Virus record (IMG/VR): IMGVR_UViG_2974729448_000001
Location: 3,318-67,317 of that record
Source of the DNA: a virus
Lineage: Duplodnaviria > Heunggongvirae > Uroviricota > Caudoviricetes > Crassvirales
Length of the DNA stretch: 64,000 bases
Strand: one strand, 5' to 3'
Position 1 is the first letter of the stretch; the number at the start of each line of letters is the position of its first letter. The translations under genes and the position numbers were made by a program. Shown piece after piece: positions 45,032 to 55,173 of the stretch. The notes beneath the pieces are model-generated. The model had not been told where the DNA came from and searched no databases. It saw nothing but the letters and a program-made list of their open reading frames with translations.

Positions 45032-45781
45032 ATGAGAGCAGAGAGAATAGGAAGTATTATTAGATGTAACTTTTCAGACCTTCATTATATTGTTCCTTTT
45101 CAGGGAAGAAGTTTATCTAATTATTCTGAGAATAATATATTTGAGAGGTTTATTGAGGTTGATTTATCAGGAAATTCCATAGAATGTCCTGTCATGTGTA
45201 GAGTGCCTATAGAACAATATCTACGTAATTATACAAGGGAGACAGTTGAAAAGGTAACAGTTCCTTTATATACTAATAATGTACCTGTACCAAAGAGAAC
45301 AGCTTCTTCTATATTTAAATTCTTTGATACACAAGCTATAGACAGGCTTAGTAAAGTCACCACTAATAAAGGTGAAATTTATTACGGAGGAAAAGGAATT
45401 ATACTTAATTCAGAATTTAAGGTATTAGTATTGTGTGTTTGTGAATATGAACAGGGAGAGAATAGTGGTATGACAATTCCCTATATTTGTGGATACAGAG
45501 CATATATTCATCCTTCTGTATTTTTATCAAGTGGATTAGTAGAGAAAGGTATTATAAAGACTTATATTCCATCAATTGTAGATGGAAGAATTTATTGTTA
45601 TGATACAAGTAATGCCCTTGCATTATCTAATAGTCTTGAAGTTGAAGTCATTATTTCTGATGTAACTGATAAATTTATCAAGACTCCTGTTAAACCCAAG
45701 ATTGAATCCTTCACAGTAGAGAATGTAAATAAGTTCTTATTAGACAATCTTGATGAAATATGTAATATTACAAAATTATGA
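45032..45781 (+). CDS. hypothetical protein downstream of E1 (possible third component of the conjugation-like module)
   Basis: 249-aa ORF, tightly coupled to the E1 gene (stop/start 1 nt apart). Confidence 0.35.
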   Translation: MRAERIGSIIRCNFSDLHYIVPFQGRSLSNYSENNIFERFIEVDLSGNSIECPVMCRVPIEQYLRNYTRETVEKVTVPLYTNNVPVPKRTASSIFKFFDTQAIDRLSKVTTNKGEIYYGGKGIILNSEFKVLVLCVCEYEQGENSGMTIPYICGYRAYIHPSVFLSSGLVEKGIIKTYIPSIVDGRIYCYDTSNALALSNSLEVEVIISDVTDKFIKTPVKPKIESFTVENVNKFLLDNLDEICNITKL

Positions 45782-46443
45782 GTTTTGAGGAATATTTTGG
45801 TGGATGGGTAAAGGTTATAGATAAGAAAGAGTTAAATAATGTAGTTGGGCAAGTAAGTCTTATTAGAAGAGATTTACTCTGCCCAGCATACACTGATATA
45901 TTTAAGGCTTTTAATCTATGCTCTTATGATTCCCTTAAAGTTGTGATGATAGGACAAGACCCCTACCCTCAGGAGGGGGTAGCCACTGGTATCCTATTTG
46001 GAAATAAGGAGGGAACTGAGTTGTCTCCTTCACTTAAAATAGTTAAAGAAGCTTGCATAAACTTTGAGATTCCACATAATAGTGTTATCTTTGACCCGAC
46101 TTTAGAAAGTTGGGCTAAACAAGGAGTATTGATGATTAATTCTGCATTGACCTGTGAAGTCAATAAGGTAGGTAGCCATACAATGATGTGGAGACCCTTT
46201 ATGACTAAATTACTTAGGAATTTATCAGAGATTAACACTGGAATTATCTATGTACTATTTGGGGAAAATGCTAAAACTCTAAAGCCATATATTAACTCAA
46301 AGTCAAATATTATTCTTGAGGAGAAGCATCCTGCATATTATGCAAGAATAGAGAACAGAATGCCTTCAACAGTGTTTGAAGAAGTAAGTAAATTAACTAA
46401 AGAGAAATATAATGAACCTATCATATGGTTCAAGGAATATTAA
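45778..46443 (+). CDS. ung: uracil-DNA glycosylase (family 1-like)
   Basis: 221-aa ORF. VVMIGQDPYPQEGVATGILFGN...SPSL matches Ung [22 protein letters not shown]...PPSL. C-terminal HPAY corresponds to the HPSPLS His motif. Confidence 0.7.
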   Translation: MSFEEYFGGWVKVIDKKELNNVVGQVSLIRRDLLCPAYTDIFKAFNLCSYDSLKVVMIGQDPYPQEGVATGILFGNKEGTELSPSLKIVKEACINFEIPHNSVIFDPTLESWAKQGVLMINSALTCEVNKVGSHTMMWRPFMTKLLRNLSEINTGIIYVLFGENAKTLKPYINSKSNIILEEKHPAYYARIENRMPSTVFEEVSKLTKEKYNEPIIWFKEY

Positions 46444-46462
46444 CTGTAAAAAAAAAAAAAGT

Positions 46463-46936
46463 ATGAAAAAATTTATTATTAGTTCAACAGGAGAAGAAGT
46501 TAATGTTGGAGATGTTATTGAAATCAGAGTAACAGATGATACTATTCCTATGTTACTTGAAGCAGGTATTATCCAAGAATCTGGAACACATCTTGACATT
46601 GATTATTACATTGAACATCTTGCAAAAAGGATTAAATGGAATAAGGGAAATGTCATAAAATACCTTTCTAACCTTTCTACTATTCAGCCTGATGCAGTAT
46701 ATAGAATTCTCCTTAAAGAGATAGCTATAACATTTGACGAAAAGTATGACAATAATATAAGGAAAGAAAATACTTTATATTATATTAGTACTCTTAACCA
46801 TGAAATATGTTCTATGAAGGTGAATGAAAATGTCAAGAAACATCTAAAACTTTTTGCTGCTTTCAGAACTATTGATGATGCTCAGGCTGCTCTTCATATT
46901 ATGAAGCCTTTTACAGATGTTTTGTATGGTGAATAA
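46463..46936 (+). CDS. hypothetical protein
   Basis: ORF track 46412..46936. Start moved to the Met at 46463 (MKKFIISSTGEE), which follows an A13 tract and avoids overlap with ung. Confidence 0.4.
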   Translation: MKKFIISSTGEEVNVGDVIEIRVTDDTIPMLLEAGIIQESGTHLDIDYYIEHLAKRIKWNKGNVIKYLSNLSTIQPDAVYRILLKEIAITFDEKYDNNIRKENTLYYISTLNHEICSMKVNENVKKHLKLFAAFRTIDDAQAALHIMKPFTDVLYGE

Positions 46937-47408
46937 AAAAGTAATAAATGCTACTCCTGAAGAGTATAGTGATATAAGGTTTAAGTCCAAGATTGAGGTA
47001 ATGGTCTATAAGACCTTGCTTCAATATGGGTTTAAGCCTGAATATGAAACTCATACTTATACAATTTGGGAAGGATTTAAACCTACTGTACCTTTTTACA
47101 CCCGTAATAAAGCTAAGGTTACAATACTTAACCTTAAGAAACTTATTAATATAACTTATACTCCAGATTTCTATATTGAGTATGAAGGATTAAAGATAAT
47201 AATTGAAGTAAAGGGGTCTACCAATGATGTATTTCCCTATAAATTCAAGATGTTCAGATGGCATATTGAGAATATGCCTGATAAGGATAATTATCTTATA
47301 TTTGAAATATTTACTAAGAGACAATTATTGGAGTCCATAGAAATAATCAAAAGTTATGCAACCAGTAGAAAAGATAAGGAAACTTCTAAAGGAATTACCA
47401 AAGAGTGA
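46917..47408 (+). CDS. PD-(D/E)xK nuclease-fold protein (candidate)
   Basis: 163-aa ORF with PDFYIEYEGLKIIIEVKG (D...E-V-K arrangement). Confidence 0.3.
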   Translation: MFCMVNKKVINATPEEYSDIRFKSKIEVMVYKTLLQYGFKPEYETHTYTIWEGFKPTVPFYTRNKAKVTILNLKKLINITYTPDFYIEYEGLKIIIEVKGSTNDVFPYKFKMFRWHIENMPDKDNYLIFEIFTKRQLLESIEIIKSYATSRKDKETSKGITKE

Positions 47409-47634
47409 CCAACAATTAGGAGAGCAGTTTCTTCAAACAAGAGATTTTGAATCATTGAAGGACCTTGTAGATTCAGCTATTCTAAGAGTGAAAAGGAGTG
47501 TAAAAAGTGATAATCCTAAACAGGAATATGTTGATGTAGATTTATTCAGTCTCATGGGATTAAAAGCAGAGATTGATGTATATATTGAATTAATTGAGGG
47601 TCCTACAATTGAAGAAGATTCAGAATATGATTAG
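47356..47634 (+). CDS. hypothetical protein
   Basis: 92-aa ORF. Confidence 0.3.
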   Translation: MQPVEKIRKLLKELPKSDQQLGEQFLQTRDFESLKDLVDSAILRVKRSVKSDNPKQEYVDVDLFSLMGLKAEIDVYIELIEGPTIEEDSEYD

Positions 47635-48667
47635 TATAAAAGAATTAGCATGGAATGTTACTGAAGAAGAATATAGAGCAGACCCAGCATTAAGTTATTC
47701 TACTTTAAGTAGATTTGAAAGAGAAGGATGGAGAAATCTGTCCTCTCTCTTTGATAAGCAAGATACTCCTGCTTTACTATTTGGAAGTGCAGTGGATTGT
47801 ATGCTTACTGATGGTGAACAGGCTTTCAATGACAGGTTTATTGTCTGTGAGTTTCCTAACTTATCTGATAATCTGATTATTATTACAAGGTCATTGTATT
47901 CTAAGTATGGAGATACTCACAGAAGGGTTGATACTATTGATGATGAGGTGATTAGTGAGATAGCTGTGGCTAATGGTTATTATGCAGGAGCATCCTATAA
48001 AGCTACAAGGATAAAGAAGATAAAAGAAAACTGTAATGAGTACTACTCTCTACTTGCATTAGCAGGAAATAAGACTATTATATCGCAGAGTGATTATAAT
48101 GATGTCAGTATATGTGTAGGTGAGTTGGAGACTAATCCAGTGACTAAAGAGTTCTTCTTTATTAATCCTTGGGAACCACATATTGAGAAGCTATTCCAGT
48201 TAAAATTCAAGGCTGAATGGAATGGAATACCTGTCAGATGTATGTTTGATGAGTTGATAGTAGACCATGTGAACAAGGTTATATATCCAATTGACTTAAA
48301 GACTACTGGATATCCTGAGGAGGAATTTCAACATTCATTTATGAAATGGAGGTATGATATCCAAGCCATGCTCTATACATATATCCTTCAGGAGTGTATT
48401 AAAAGAGACCCTTATTTCAGTCAGTTCAAGATTCAGCATTATCAATTTATTGTAATTAACAGAAGAACAGTTGCTCCAATTATATGGAAATTCCATGGTA
48501 ACTTTGGCACAGTAGATTTAAAAGATGAAGAGGGTAATATCTATAGGAATTGGAGGAAGATTCTTACAGACCTAAATTATTACCTTAATAGTTCTAATCT
48601 AAAATATAGTAAGGAAGTGATAGAAAATAATTGTATTATGCAAATAAAAAGTTTAGTACCAGCATGA
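47594..48667 (+). CDS. hypothetical protein, possible YqaJ/lambda-exonuclease-like PD-(D/E)xK exonuclease
   Basis: 357-aa ORF containing IYPIDLKTT (D-x-K) after acidic residues. Weak. Confidence 0.3.
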   Translation: MRVLQLKKIQNMISIKELAWNVTEEEYRADPALSYSTLSRFEREGWRNLSSLFDKQDTPALLFGSAVDCMLTDGEQAFNDRFIVCEFPNLSDNLIIITRSLYSKYGDTHRRVDTIDDEVISEIAVANGYYAGASYKATRIKKIKENCNEYYSLLALAGNKTIISQSDYNDVSICVGELETNPVTKEFFFINPWEPHIEKLFQLKFKAEWNGIPVRCMFDELIVDHVNKVIYPIDLKTTGYPEEEFQHSFMKWRYDIQAMLYTYILQECIKRDPYFSQFKIQHYQFIVINRRTVAPIIWKFHGNFGTVDLKDEEGNIYRNWRKILTDLNYYLNSSNLKYSKEVIENNCIMQIKSLVPA

Positions 48668-51213
48668 CAGAGTTAGAATATTTTAAAGGAGATGAATTGG
48701 CAGCTTCTACTTGGAGAAACAAGTATGCAGCAGAAGGAGAACAAACTCCTGATGATACACATAAAAGGATAGCAAAGGAATTTGCAAGAATAGAAGATAA
48801 TTATAGGTGGGAAGGTAATATAGATAAAGTCTTTAGTAGCTTATCAAATTATGGTTACCAAAGAACACATCTTGATGAAGAAGCTATCTATCAATTATTC
48901 AAAGACTTTAAGTATATTGTACCTGGAGGTTCAGTTATGTCTGGTGCAGGTACAAATCAGTTAGTTTCACTATCTAATTGCTTTGTAATAGATAGTCCAA
49001 AAGACAGTTATGCAGAGATAATGAAGACAAGAAGCCAGCAAGCTCAACTTATGAAGAGGAGAGGTGGAGTAGGATATGACCTATCTGAACTCAGACCAAG
49101 AGGAGCTAAGGTAAATAATGCAGCCAAGTCTTCAACAGGTGCAGCATCTTTCATGGATGTATGTTCTGATATTACTAATGAAGTTGCTCAGAATGGAAGA
49201 AGAGGTGCTCTTATGCTAAGTATGAGTATCAATCATCCTGATATTGAAGAGTTTATTACTAAGAAACAGGACTTAACCAAGGTAACTGGAGCTAATATAT
49301 CAGTTAAAGTTACTGATGAATTCATGCAAGCTGTAATGGAAGATAAGGATTATATCCTTAGATACCCAGTTACTATCTCTAATGAAGATTTATTTGGAAT
49401 GGATTTAATTGTAGAAGAAGTATTAAACTCTTCTAAGTATAATGAATTAGAGAGAGGATTTAGTTGTAATAGTTATTACAAGAAAGTAAGAGCAAGAGAA
49501 TTATGGAATACTCTTATGCACTGTGCTTGGAATACTGCTGAACCGGGGATTATGTTTGAAGGAGCAATGCACAACTATTCTCCTGATGGTGTATATCCTG
49601 ACTTCAAGATGGTGAGTACAAATCCATGCGGAGAGATACCAATGGGTCCATTTGATAGCTGTAGATTGATTCATATTAATCTTAGCAGTTATATCATAGA
49701 CCCATTTACAGATAAGGCTCACATTGATGAAGAACTACTCTATATGCACTCTTATGAAGCTATGAGATTAGCTGATGATTTAGTTGATTTAGAGATTGAA
49801 GCAGTAGACAGGATTATTGAGGCTGTAAAAGATGATACCACTAATACTGAATTAGAGCTATGGGAGAATATTAAGGAGACTACTCAAATGGGTAGAAGAG
49901 CTGGTCTTGGATTCACTGGGCTTGCTGATGCAATAGCTATGTTAGGTTTAAAGTATGACTCTGATGAAGGTATTCAGAAAGTTGAACAACTGATGAAGAT
50001 TATGTTTAAAGGTCAGCTTGATAGTAATATTGATATGGCTGTTGAGAGAGGTAAATTCCCTGTTTGTAATACACCAGTTGAGTTTGAAAATGTAGGATAT
50101 GAGGGAGGTAATCTGTGGTATAAGAAATTAGCTAAGGATTTTCCATCTGAATGCACAAGAATGCTCAAATATGGTAGAAGAAACATTAGTTGGTCAACTG
50201 TAGCTCCTACTGGAACTGTAAGTATTATGGCTGGCACAAGCAGTGGTATTGAGCCTGTATTCATGCCTTTTTATCAAAGAAAGAGGAAATGTATGGATAC
50301 TAAGGATAGAGTGGATTATGTAGATAAGGTAGGTGAGAAATATACCTTGTTTACTGTAGTTCATCCTAACTTGAAGAGATGGGCTGTAACTACCTTGAAT
50401 TACAGTGAAGAGGAAGTCAATGATTGGTCTGTTGGAGTATGGCATGAAGTGTGGAAAGAAAGTCCTTACTATGGTTCTACTGCACCAGAGATTGATTGGA
50501 GACAGAGAGTCAAGCTGCAAGGAGTGGTTCAAAAATATATCACTCACAGTATCAGTAGTACAGTTAATCTGGCTAAGGAAACTACAGAAGAAGAGATTGC
50601 TGACATCTATATTGAATCTTGGAAACAAGGACTGAAAGGCATTACTATTTACAGGGATGGTTGTAGGGAAGGTGTATTAACTAAGGTTGATAAGCCTAAG
50701 ACTATTGAAGGAAGACAAGCTCCTAAGAGACCAAAAGAGTTGGAAGCTGATTATTATCAGGTTAAATCTAAAGGTGAACAGTTTATAGTTCTTGTAGGTC
50801 TATTAAATGGAAAACCTTATGAAATATTTGCATTCAGACCTCTTAGTGCTGTTAATGTTCCACAACATAAAGGAGTAATAACTAAGATAGGTAAGATGCA
50901 CTATAGTTTCACCTCTGAGTATATGCAATTATCAAACTTGCAGGAGGCTAATATTAACATTGAAGAACAAGCAGCTACTCTATATTCATCTATGTTATTA
51001 AGGCATGGTGTGGATATTAAGTATATTATCAAGACTGCAAAGAAGGTAAATAGTAATATTACTTCATTTAGTTCAGCAATGTGCAGAGTTCTATCAAAGT
51101 ATGTTTCAAAAGAGGAGATAAAAGGTGAAGTGTGCCCTGATTGTGGCTCAGTTTTAATCAGAGAAAATGGTTGTGTACATTGCAGTTCCTGCGGGTGGAG
51201 CAGATGCAGTTAG
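48631..51213 (+). CDS. nrdJ: ribonucleotide reductase, class II (adenosylcobalamin-type, NrdJ-like) with C-terminal zinc ribbon
   Basis: 860-aa ORF. Active-site NPCGEIPMGPFDSCRLIHINL (NPCGE is class II-type; class I has NxCxE). C-terminus CPDCGSVLIRENGCVHCSSCGW zinc ribbon. No ATP cone. No NrdB/NrdG partner in window. Confidence 0.7.
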   Translation: MYYANKKFSTSMTELEYFKGDELAASTWRNKYAAEGEQTPDDTHKRIAKEFARIEDNYRWEGNIDKVFSSLSNYGYQRTHLDEEAIYQLFKDFKYIVPGGSVMSGAGTNQLVSLSNCFVIDSPKDSYAEIMKTRSQQAQLMKRRGGVGYDLSELRPRGAKVNNAAKSSTGAASFMDVCSDITNEVAQNGRRGALMLSMSINHPDIEEFITKKQDLTKVTGANISVKVTDEFMQAVMEDKDYILRYPVTISNEDLFGMDLIVEEVLNSSKYNELERGFSCNSYYKKVRARELWNTLMHCAWNTAEPGIMFEGAMHNYSPDGVYPDFKMVSTNPCGEIPMGPFDSCRLIHINLSSYIIDPFTDKAHIDEELLYMHSYEAMRLADDLVDLEIEAVDRIIEAVKDDTTNTELELWENIKETTQMGRRAGLGFTGLADAIAMLGLKYDSDEGIQKVEQLMKIMFKGQLDSNIDMAVERGKFPVCNTPVEFENVGYEGGNLWYKKLAKDFPSECTRMLKYGRRNISWSTVAPTGTVSIMAGTSSGIEPVFMPFYQRKRKCMDTKDRVDYVDKVGEKYTLFTVVHPNLKRWAVTTLNYSEEEVNDWSVGVWHEVWKESPYYGSTAPEIDWRQRVKLQGVVQKYITHSISSTVNLAKETTEEEIADIYIESWKQGLKGITIYRDGCREGVLTKVDKPKTIEGRQAPKRPKELEADYYQVKSKGEQFIVLVGLLNGKPYEIFAFRPLSAVNVPQHKGVITKIGKMHYSFTSEYMQLSNLQEANINIEEQAATLYSSMLLRHGVDIKYIIKTAKKVNSNITSFSSAMCRVLSKYVSKEEIKGEVCPDCGSVLIRENGCVHCSSCGWSRCS

Positions 51214-51216
51214 AAT

Positions 51217-51711
51217 GTGAAAATTTTAAATGGAAATATAAAGATGAAAATTAAAGTAAAAGAAATCACCTCTGGTTGTTTTCCTGTGAGAACAGGAGAG
51301 GATAAATCAGATTGTTTTGACTTATGTCTGGCAGAAGATGTGACTTTAAAGAAAGGTGAAGTCTATGTTGCAAAGTTAGGTATTGCAACTGAACTTCCTA
51401 AAGGAATTGTAGCTAAAGTTTATAGCAGAAGCAGTGCTCCAAGTAAATTAGGAGTAACTATTGCTAATGGTATTGGATTCATTGATACCATTTATAATGG
51501 TGATACTGATGAATGGAGAGCACCATTATATGCTTTCAAGGCTGTAACAATTCCTAAAGGCACAAGAGTATGTCAGTTTGAGGTTAAATTATCTCAATTT
51601 GCTACTGTATGGCAGAAGATAAAATGGCTCTTCTCTTCAAAACCACTTCTGGAGCCTGTGGAGTTTCTTGGAAATAAAGGAAGAGGCGGCATTGGAAGTA
51701 CAGGAAAGTAA
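51217..51711 (+). CDS. dut: dUTPase (trimeric)
   Basis: 164-aa ORF. Motifs RSSAPSK, GIGFIDTIYNGD, RVCQFEV and GNKGRGGIGSTGK match dUTPase motifs 2-5. Confidence 0.85.
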   Translation: MKILNGNIKMKIKVKEITSGCFPVRTGEDKSDCFDLCLAEDVTLKKGEVYVAKLGIATELPKGIVAKVYSRSSAPSKLGVTIANGIGFIDTIYNGDTDEWRAPLYAFKAVTIPKGTRVCQFEVKLSQFATVWQKIKWLFSSKPLLEPVEFLGNKGRGGIGSTGK

Positions 51712-51735
51712 TAACTAAAAAAAAAAGATGAAAAC

Positions 51736-52245
51736 ATGGTAATTAACATAACAAGTATATTGTTTGTAGTATGTATTGTACTAATCTTCGCATTATTTGC
51801 AGAGATAGTAACTTCGTGGAGAAAGTATAATAAAAATGTAGCTAAAAATATGTCACTCAGGGAGAGTTTGGATTTAGCCAATCTCCCTATATTGACATTT
51901 ACCATTGGAGAGAAGAAGTATAACTTCTTACTTGATACTGGTGCAAGTAATTCTGCAATTAACAAAAGTGTACTTGGGGAGATAGTACATCAATCCAGTA
52001 AAAGAAAAGATTATGTCTATGGTATGGAAGGGAATAAAGTAGCTTCAGATTATGTTACTATGGATATAGTATATAAAGACACTCCTTTTGCAGAAGAATT
52101 TCTTGTAATAGACCTAAGCCTGACATTTGATAATATTAAGAAGGACTTTGGAGTGAATCTTCATGGTGTTCTTGGTAACTCTTTCTTCAAAAAATACAGA
52201 TATGTAATTGATTTTGAAAAATTAGTGGCTTACCCAAATGAATGA
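51736..52245 (+). CDS. retropepsin-like aspartic protease with N-terminal membrane anchor
   Basis: 169-aa ORF. N-terminal TM helix then FLLDTGASNSAIN, the D-T/S-G-A active-site motif of retroviral-type/bacterial single-domain aspartic proteases. Hydrophobic-Ile-Asp near the C-terminus (EFLVIDL). Confidence 0.5.
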   Translation: MVINITSILFVVCIVLIFALFAEIVTSWRKYNKNVAKNMSLRESLDLANLPILTFTIGEKKYNFLLDTGASNSAINKSVLGEIVHQSSKRKDYVYGMEGNKVASDYVTMDIVYKDTPFAEEFLVIDLSLTFDNIKKDFGVNLHGVLGNSFFKKYRYVIDFEKLVAYPNE

Positions 52246-52507
52246 TATAATTGAATTAAATGCAAGAGGAGAAGAGCATAACTTCTTGAAGAAACTTTCT
52301 AAACCAGACAGTAAAGAGTCCAAAACTTATGTACTAAAGGTAAGTAATCCTTGTATAAGAGCTGGCTATATTACTGATAAAAGGCAATTTATAGACCCAG
52401 CAGGTGGTCCTATGATTGTAGAAGGTGAGAGAATTGAAGAAGCTGATGCAATAGTAAGTTCAATAAACTACATTGTAGGATATGGATATACTGTAACTTT
52501 CCAATAA
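52238..52507 (+). CDS. hypothetical protein
   Basis: 89-aa ORF. Confidence 0.35.
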   Translation: MNDIIELNARGEEHNFLKKLSKPDSKESKTYVLKVSNPCIRAGYITDKRQFIDPAGGPMIVEGERIEEADAIVSSINYIVGYGYTVTFQ

Positions 52508-52521
52508 AAGAAAAAAAAAAA

Positions 52522-54843
52522 ATGGTTTATGTAGTAACACAACAGATACTACCTGAATCTGACAAGTATCAAATTGTATCTCCACAAGCTGCATTACATA
52601 TGCTTGAACCTCTTAGAAAGGTTGGCTTAGATACTGAGACCAGAGGATTTGACCCATATACAAAAGAACTCATAATGCTCCAGTTGGGGTGTTATGAGTT
52701 TCAAGTAGTAATTGATATAACTACTGTAAGTATAGATTTCTTTAAGGAGTTCTTAGAATCTGATAGATTATTCATAGGCTGGAATATCAAATTTGATATG
52801 AAATTCCTCTTTCATCAGAGAATAGTCCTGAAGAATGTATATGATGGGTTCTTAGCAGAGAAACTGCTTTGGATGGGCTTTCCTGCTGGTTTTCATTCTA
52901 TGGCACTTAAGGCAGCAGGTCAGAACTATCTTGGTATAGAACTTGATAAAACAGTTCGAGGTAAAGTGATGTGGGCTGGTCTTTCTGAAGATGTTATTGA
53001 GTATGGTGCAAATGATGTAAAGTATCTGGAGAAAATTATGGATGCTCAAGCTCTTGAATTAAAAAAGAAAGGTCTTGAAGTTGCACTGATATATGAAAAT
53101 AAGTCTGTACCATGGATAGCCTATACAGAATACTGTGGAGTACTTCTTAGTAGGGAAAAATGGGAAAGAAAGATGGTTCTTGATAACTTTACTGCAAAAG
53201 TCTTCAAAGATGCTCTTGATGATTGGGTTATTAACTCAGCCAAAGGAGGAAGTTACTCCTATCACTATCTACAAATAGAAGGATGGGATGACCAAGATGA
53301 GCTTGAAAAAGCAAGAAAGAAGATGAAAGGTGAAAGATGTCCAGAAGCAGATATTAAAGGCAGTGACAGGGGGTATTGTGAAGCTTGGAAAGTCCCAATA
53401 GATGCAAGACTTAGCCCTAAATATATAAGAGAAGATATTCAAGGTGATTTATTTTATGGTTTTCAAGATAAAGCTCAATGCTTGATTAATTGGGATAGCC
53501 CTAAACAGGTTATCCCTTTATTCAAGTCACTTGGGTTTGATTTGTTAGCTAAAGATAAGGATACTGGAGAATTTAAAGATAGTATAGAAGCAAAAGTAAT
53601 AGAGCCTCAACAGGATAAATCAACTATTGCCTATCTATATCTTCAATATAAGGCAGCTAAGAAGGTAACATCTACTTATGGTCAGAATGTAATAGACCAG
53701 ATAAATGAAAAGAGTGGAAGGTTACATACTAACTTTAATCAATTGGGGGCAGATACAGGAAGATTAAGTTCAGGAGGTAAAGATAAAGCAAATAGTATTG
53801 AATACCTCAACTTTCAGAATTTTCCAGCAGGAAAAGAGACAAGAGCTTGTTTTGTTGCTGGTAAAGGAATGAAGTGGATAAGCTGTGATTATAGTGGTCA
53901 AGAGAGTAGAATCATTGCAGATGTAACAAATGACCCAGCTATGATTGACTTGTTCAATAATGGTTGTGGGGATATTCATTCTCTTGTAGCTAAGATGGCA
54001 TATCCTGATATTATAGGAGACTGTCCTATTGAAGAAATAAAACATAAATTCAAGCACTTAAGAGGAGAAGCAAAAGGTGTTGAGTTTGCCATCAACTATG
54101 GTGGTGATGCCAATACTATTACTGGAAATAAGGGAATTCCTATACAAGAAGCTAATAAGATTTATAATAACTATATGAAGGGTTTCAAAGGTATGAAAAA
54201 ATATCAGGACTATCAAAGGTTATTTGTAATGAAATATGGCTATATTATAGTTGATAAGATAAGTCAGAGAAAAGCTTATATTTATGATTATGATATATTG
54301 ATGGGGATTAAAGAAAGGTTCACCCAAGACTTTTGGGCTACCTATAAACCCTATAAAGGTAAGGAGAATAAACTTCTTCCAAAGCAGGTCAAGAATGAAC
54401 TTTATCAGAGATTTGCAAGAGGAGATAATTTCAATTCAATGGTAGGAGTATATAATTATACAACTAAGAAAGCTGGTAAGGAGGTTACAAGAGAAGTCTA
54501 TGTTAGTATAGCTGATGTATATGTACATCCAGTGAAGCATTTCTTCAAGAGAAAGTCTGCATCTGAAAAACAAGCCATTAATTATCCCTGTCAAGGATGT
54601 GGTGCAACAATGTTCAAAACTGCATCTATCTTCTTATGGGAATATTTGCTTGAGCATAATTTATTGTTTAAAGTGAAACTTTGTATTCCAGCACATGATG
54701 AGTGGAATATAGAGGTTCCTGAAGAGATGGCTGATGAAATGACAGAAGTTTTAAAAGATTGTATGAAAAGAGCAGGAGCATTCTTCTGTAGGAGTGTTGA
54801 ACTTCCTGCTGAGGGAGAGCCAGCAGATTATTGGATACATTAA
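52522..54843 (+). CDS. polA: DNA polymerase I (family A) with 3'-5' proofreading exonuclease
   Basis: 773-aa ORF. Exo I LGLDTETRG. Motif A ISCDYSGQESRI, motif B RGEAKGVEFAINYGG, motif C IPAHDEWNIEV. A12 tract abuts the start codon. Confidence 0.9.
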   Translation: MVYVVTQQILPESDKYQIVSPQAALHMLEPLRKVGLDTETRGFDPYTKELIMLQLGCYEFQVVIDITTVSIDFFKEFLESDRLFIGWNIKFDMKFLFHQRIVLKNVYDGFLAEKLLWMGFPAGFHSMALKAAGQNYLGIELDKTVRGKVMWAGLSEDVIEYGANDVKYLEKIMDAQALELKKKGLEVALIYENKSVPWIAYTEYCGVLLSREKWERKMVLDNFTAKVFKDALDDWVINSAKGGSYSYHYLQIEGWDDQDELEKARKKMKGERCPEADIKGSDRGYCEAWKVPIDARLSPKYIREDIQGDLFYGFQDKAQCLINWDSPKQVIPLFKSLGFDLLAKDKDTGEFKDSIEAKVIEPQQDKSTIAYLYLQYKAAKKVTSTYGQNVIDQINEKSGRLHTNFNQLGADTGRLSSGGKDKANSIEYLNFQNFPAGKETRACFVAGKGMKWISCDYSGQESRIIADVTNDPAMIDLFNNGCGDIHSLVAKMAYPDIIGDCPIEEIKHKFKHLRGEAKGVEFAINYGGDANTITGNKGIPIQEANKIYNNYMKGFKGMKKYQDYQRLFVMKYGYIIVDKISQRKAYIYDYDILMGIKERFTQDFWATYKPYKGKENKLLPKQVKNELYQRFARGDNFNSMVGVYNYTTKKAGKEVTREVYVSIADVYVHPVKHFFKRKSASEKQAINYPCQGCGATMFKTASIFLWEYLLEHNLLFKVKLCIPAHDEWNIEVPEEMADEMTEVLKDCMKRAGAFFCRSVELPAEGEPADYWIH

Positions 54844-54915
54844 AAGATGGGAATTATTGAAGGAGTTATATTATGAAGTCTAATTGTTATTGGACTCCTA
54901 TCTCTATTATGCTAT

Positions 54916-55173
54916 GTGCATAATTCAGAGAAAAAGAAGATATATGTTTTACCTCAGTCAGGTGTTCAATGTAAGATACTTCATATAGTACCAATGAAAC
55001 ACCCAGATAAGTGTAACTGGCTATATGGAGTTGTATACATTAACTTAAATGATGGAAGAATTTATATTAGAGAAGAGGAAGATTTCTTTAACACATTAAT
55101 ACCACTTAAAGAATATAAGGAGAATTTAAAAAAGGAGGATTTAAAAAATGACAATGTTAAAAGTAGGAAGTAA
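54916..55173 (+). CDS. hypothetical protein
   Basis: 85-aa ORF. Confidence 0.3.
   Translation: MHNSEKKKIYVLPQSGVQCKILHIVPMKHPDKCNWLYGVVYINLNDGRIYIREEEDFFNTLIPLKEYKENLKKEDLKNDNVKSRK

Noticed and set aside
46412-46462. ORF-track start of the 174-aa ORF at 46412
   Set aside because: This start overlaps the end of the UDG gene. An in-frame Met at 46463 sits immediately after an A13 tract, like other starts in this block.
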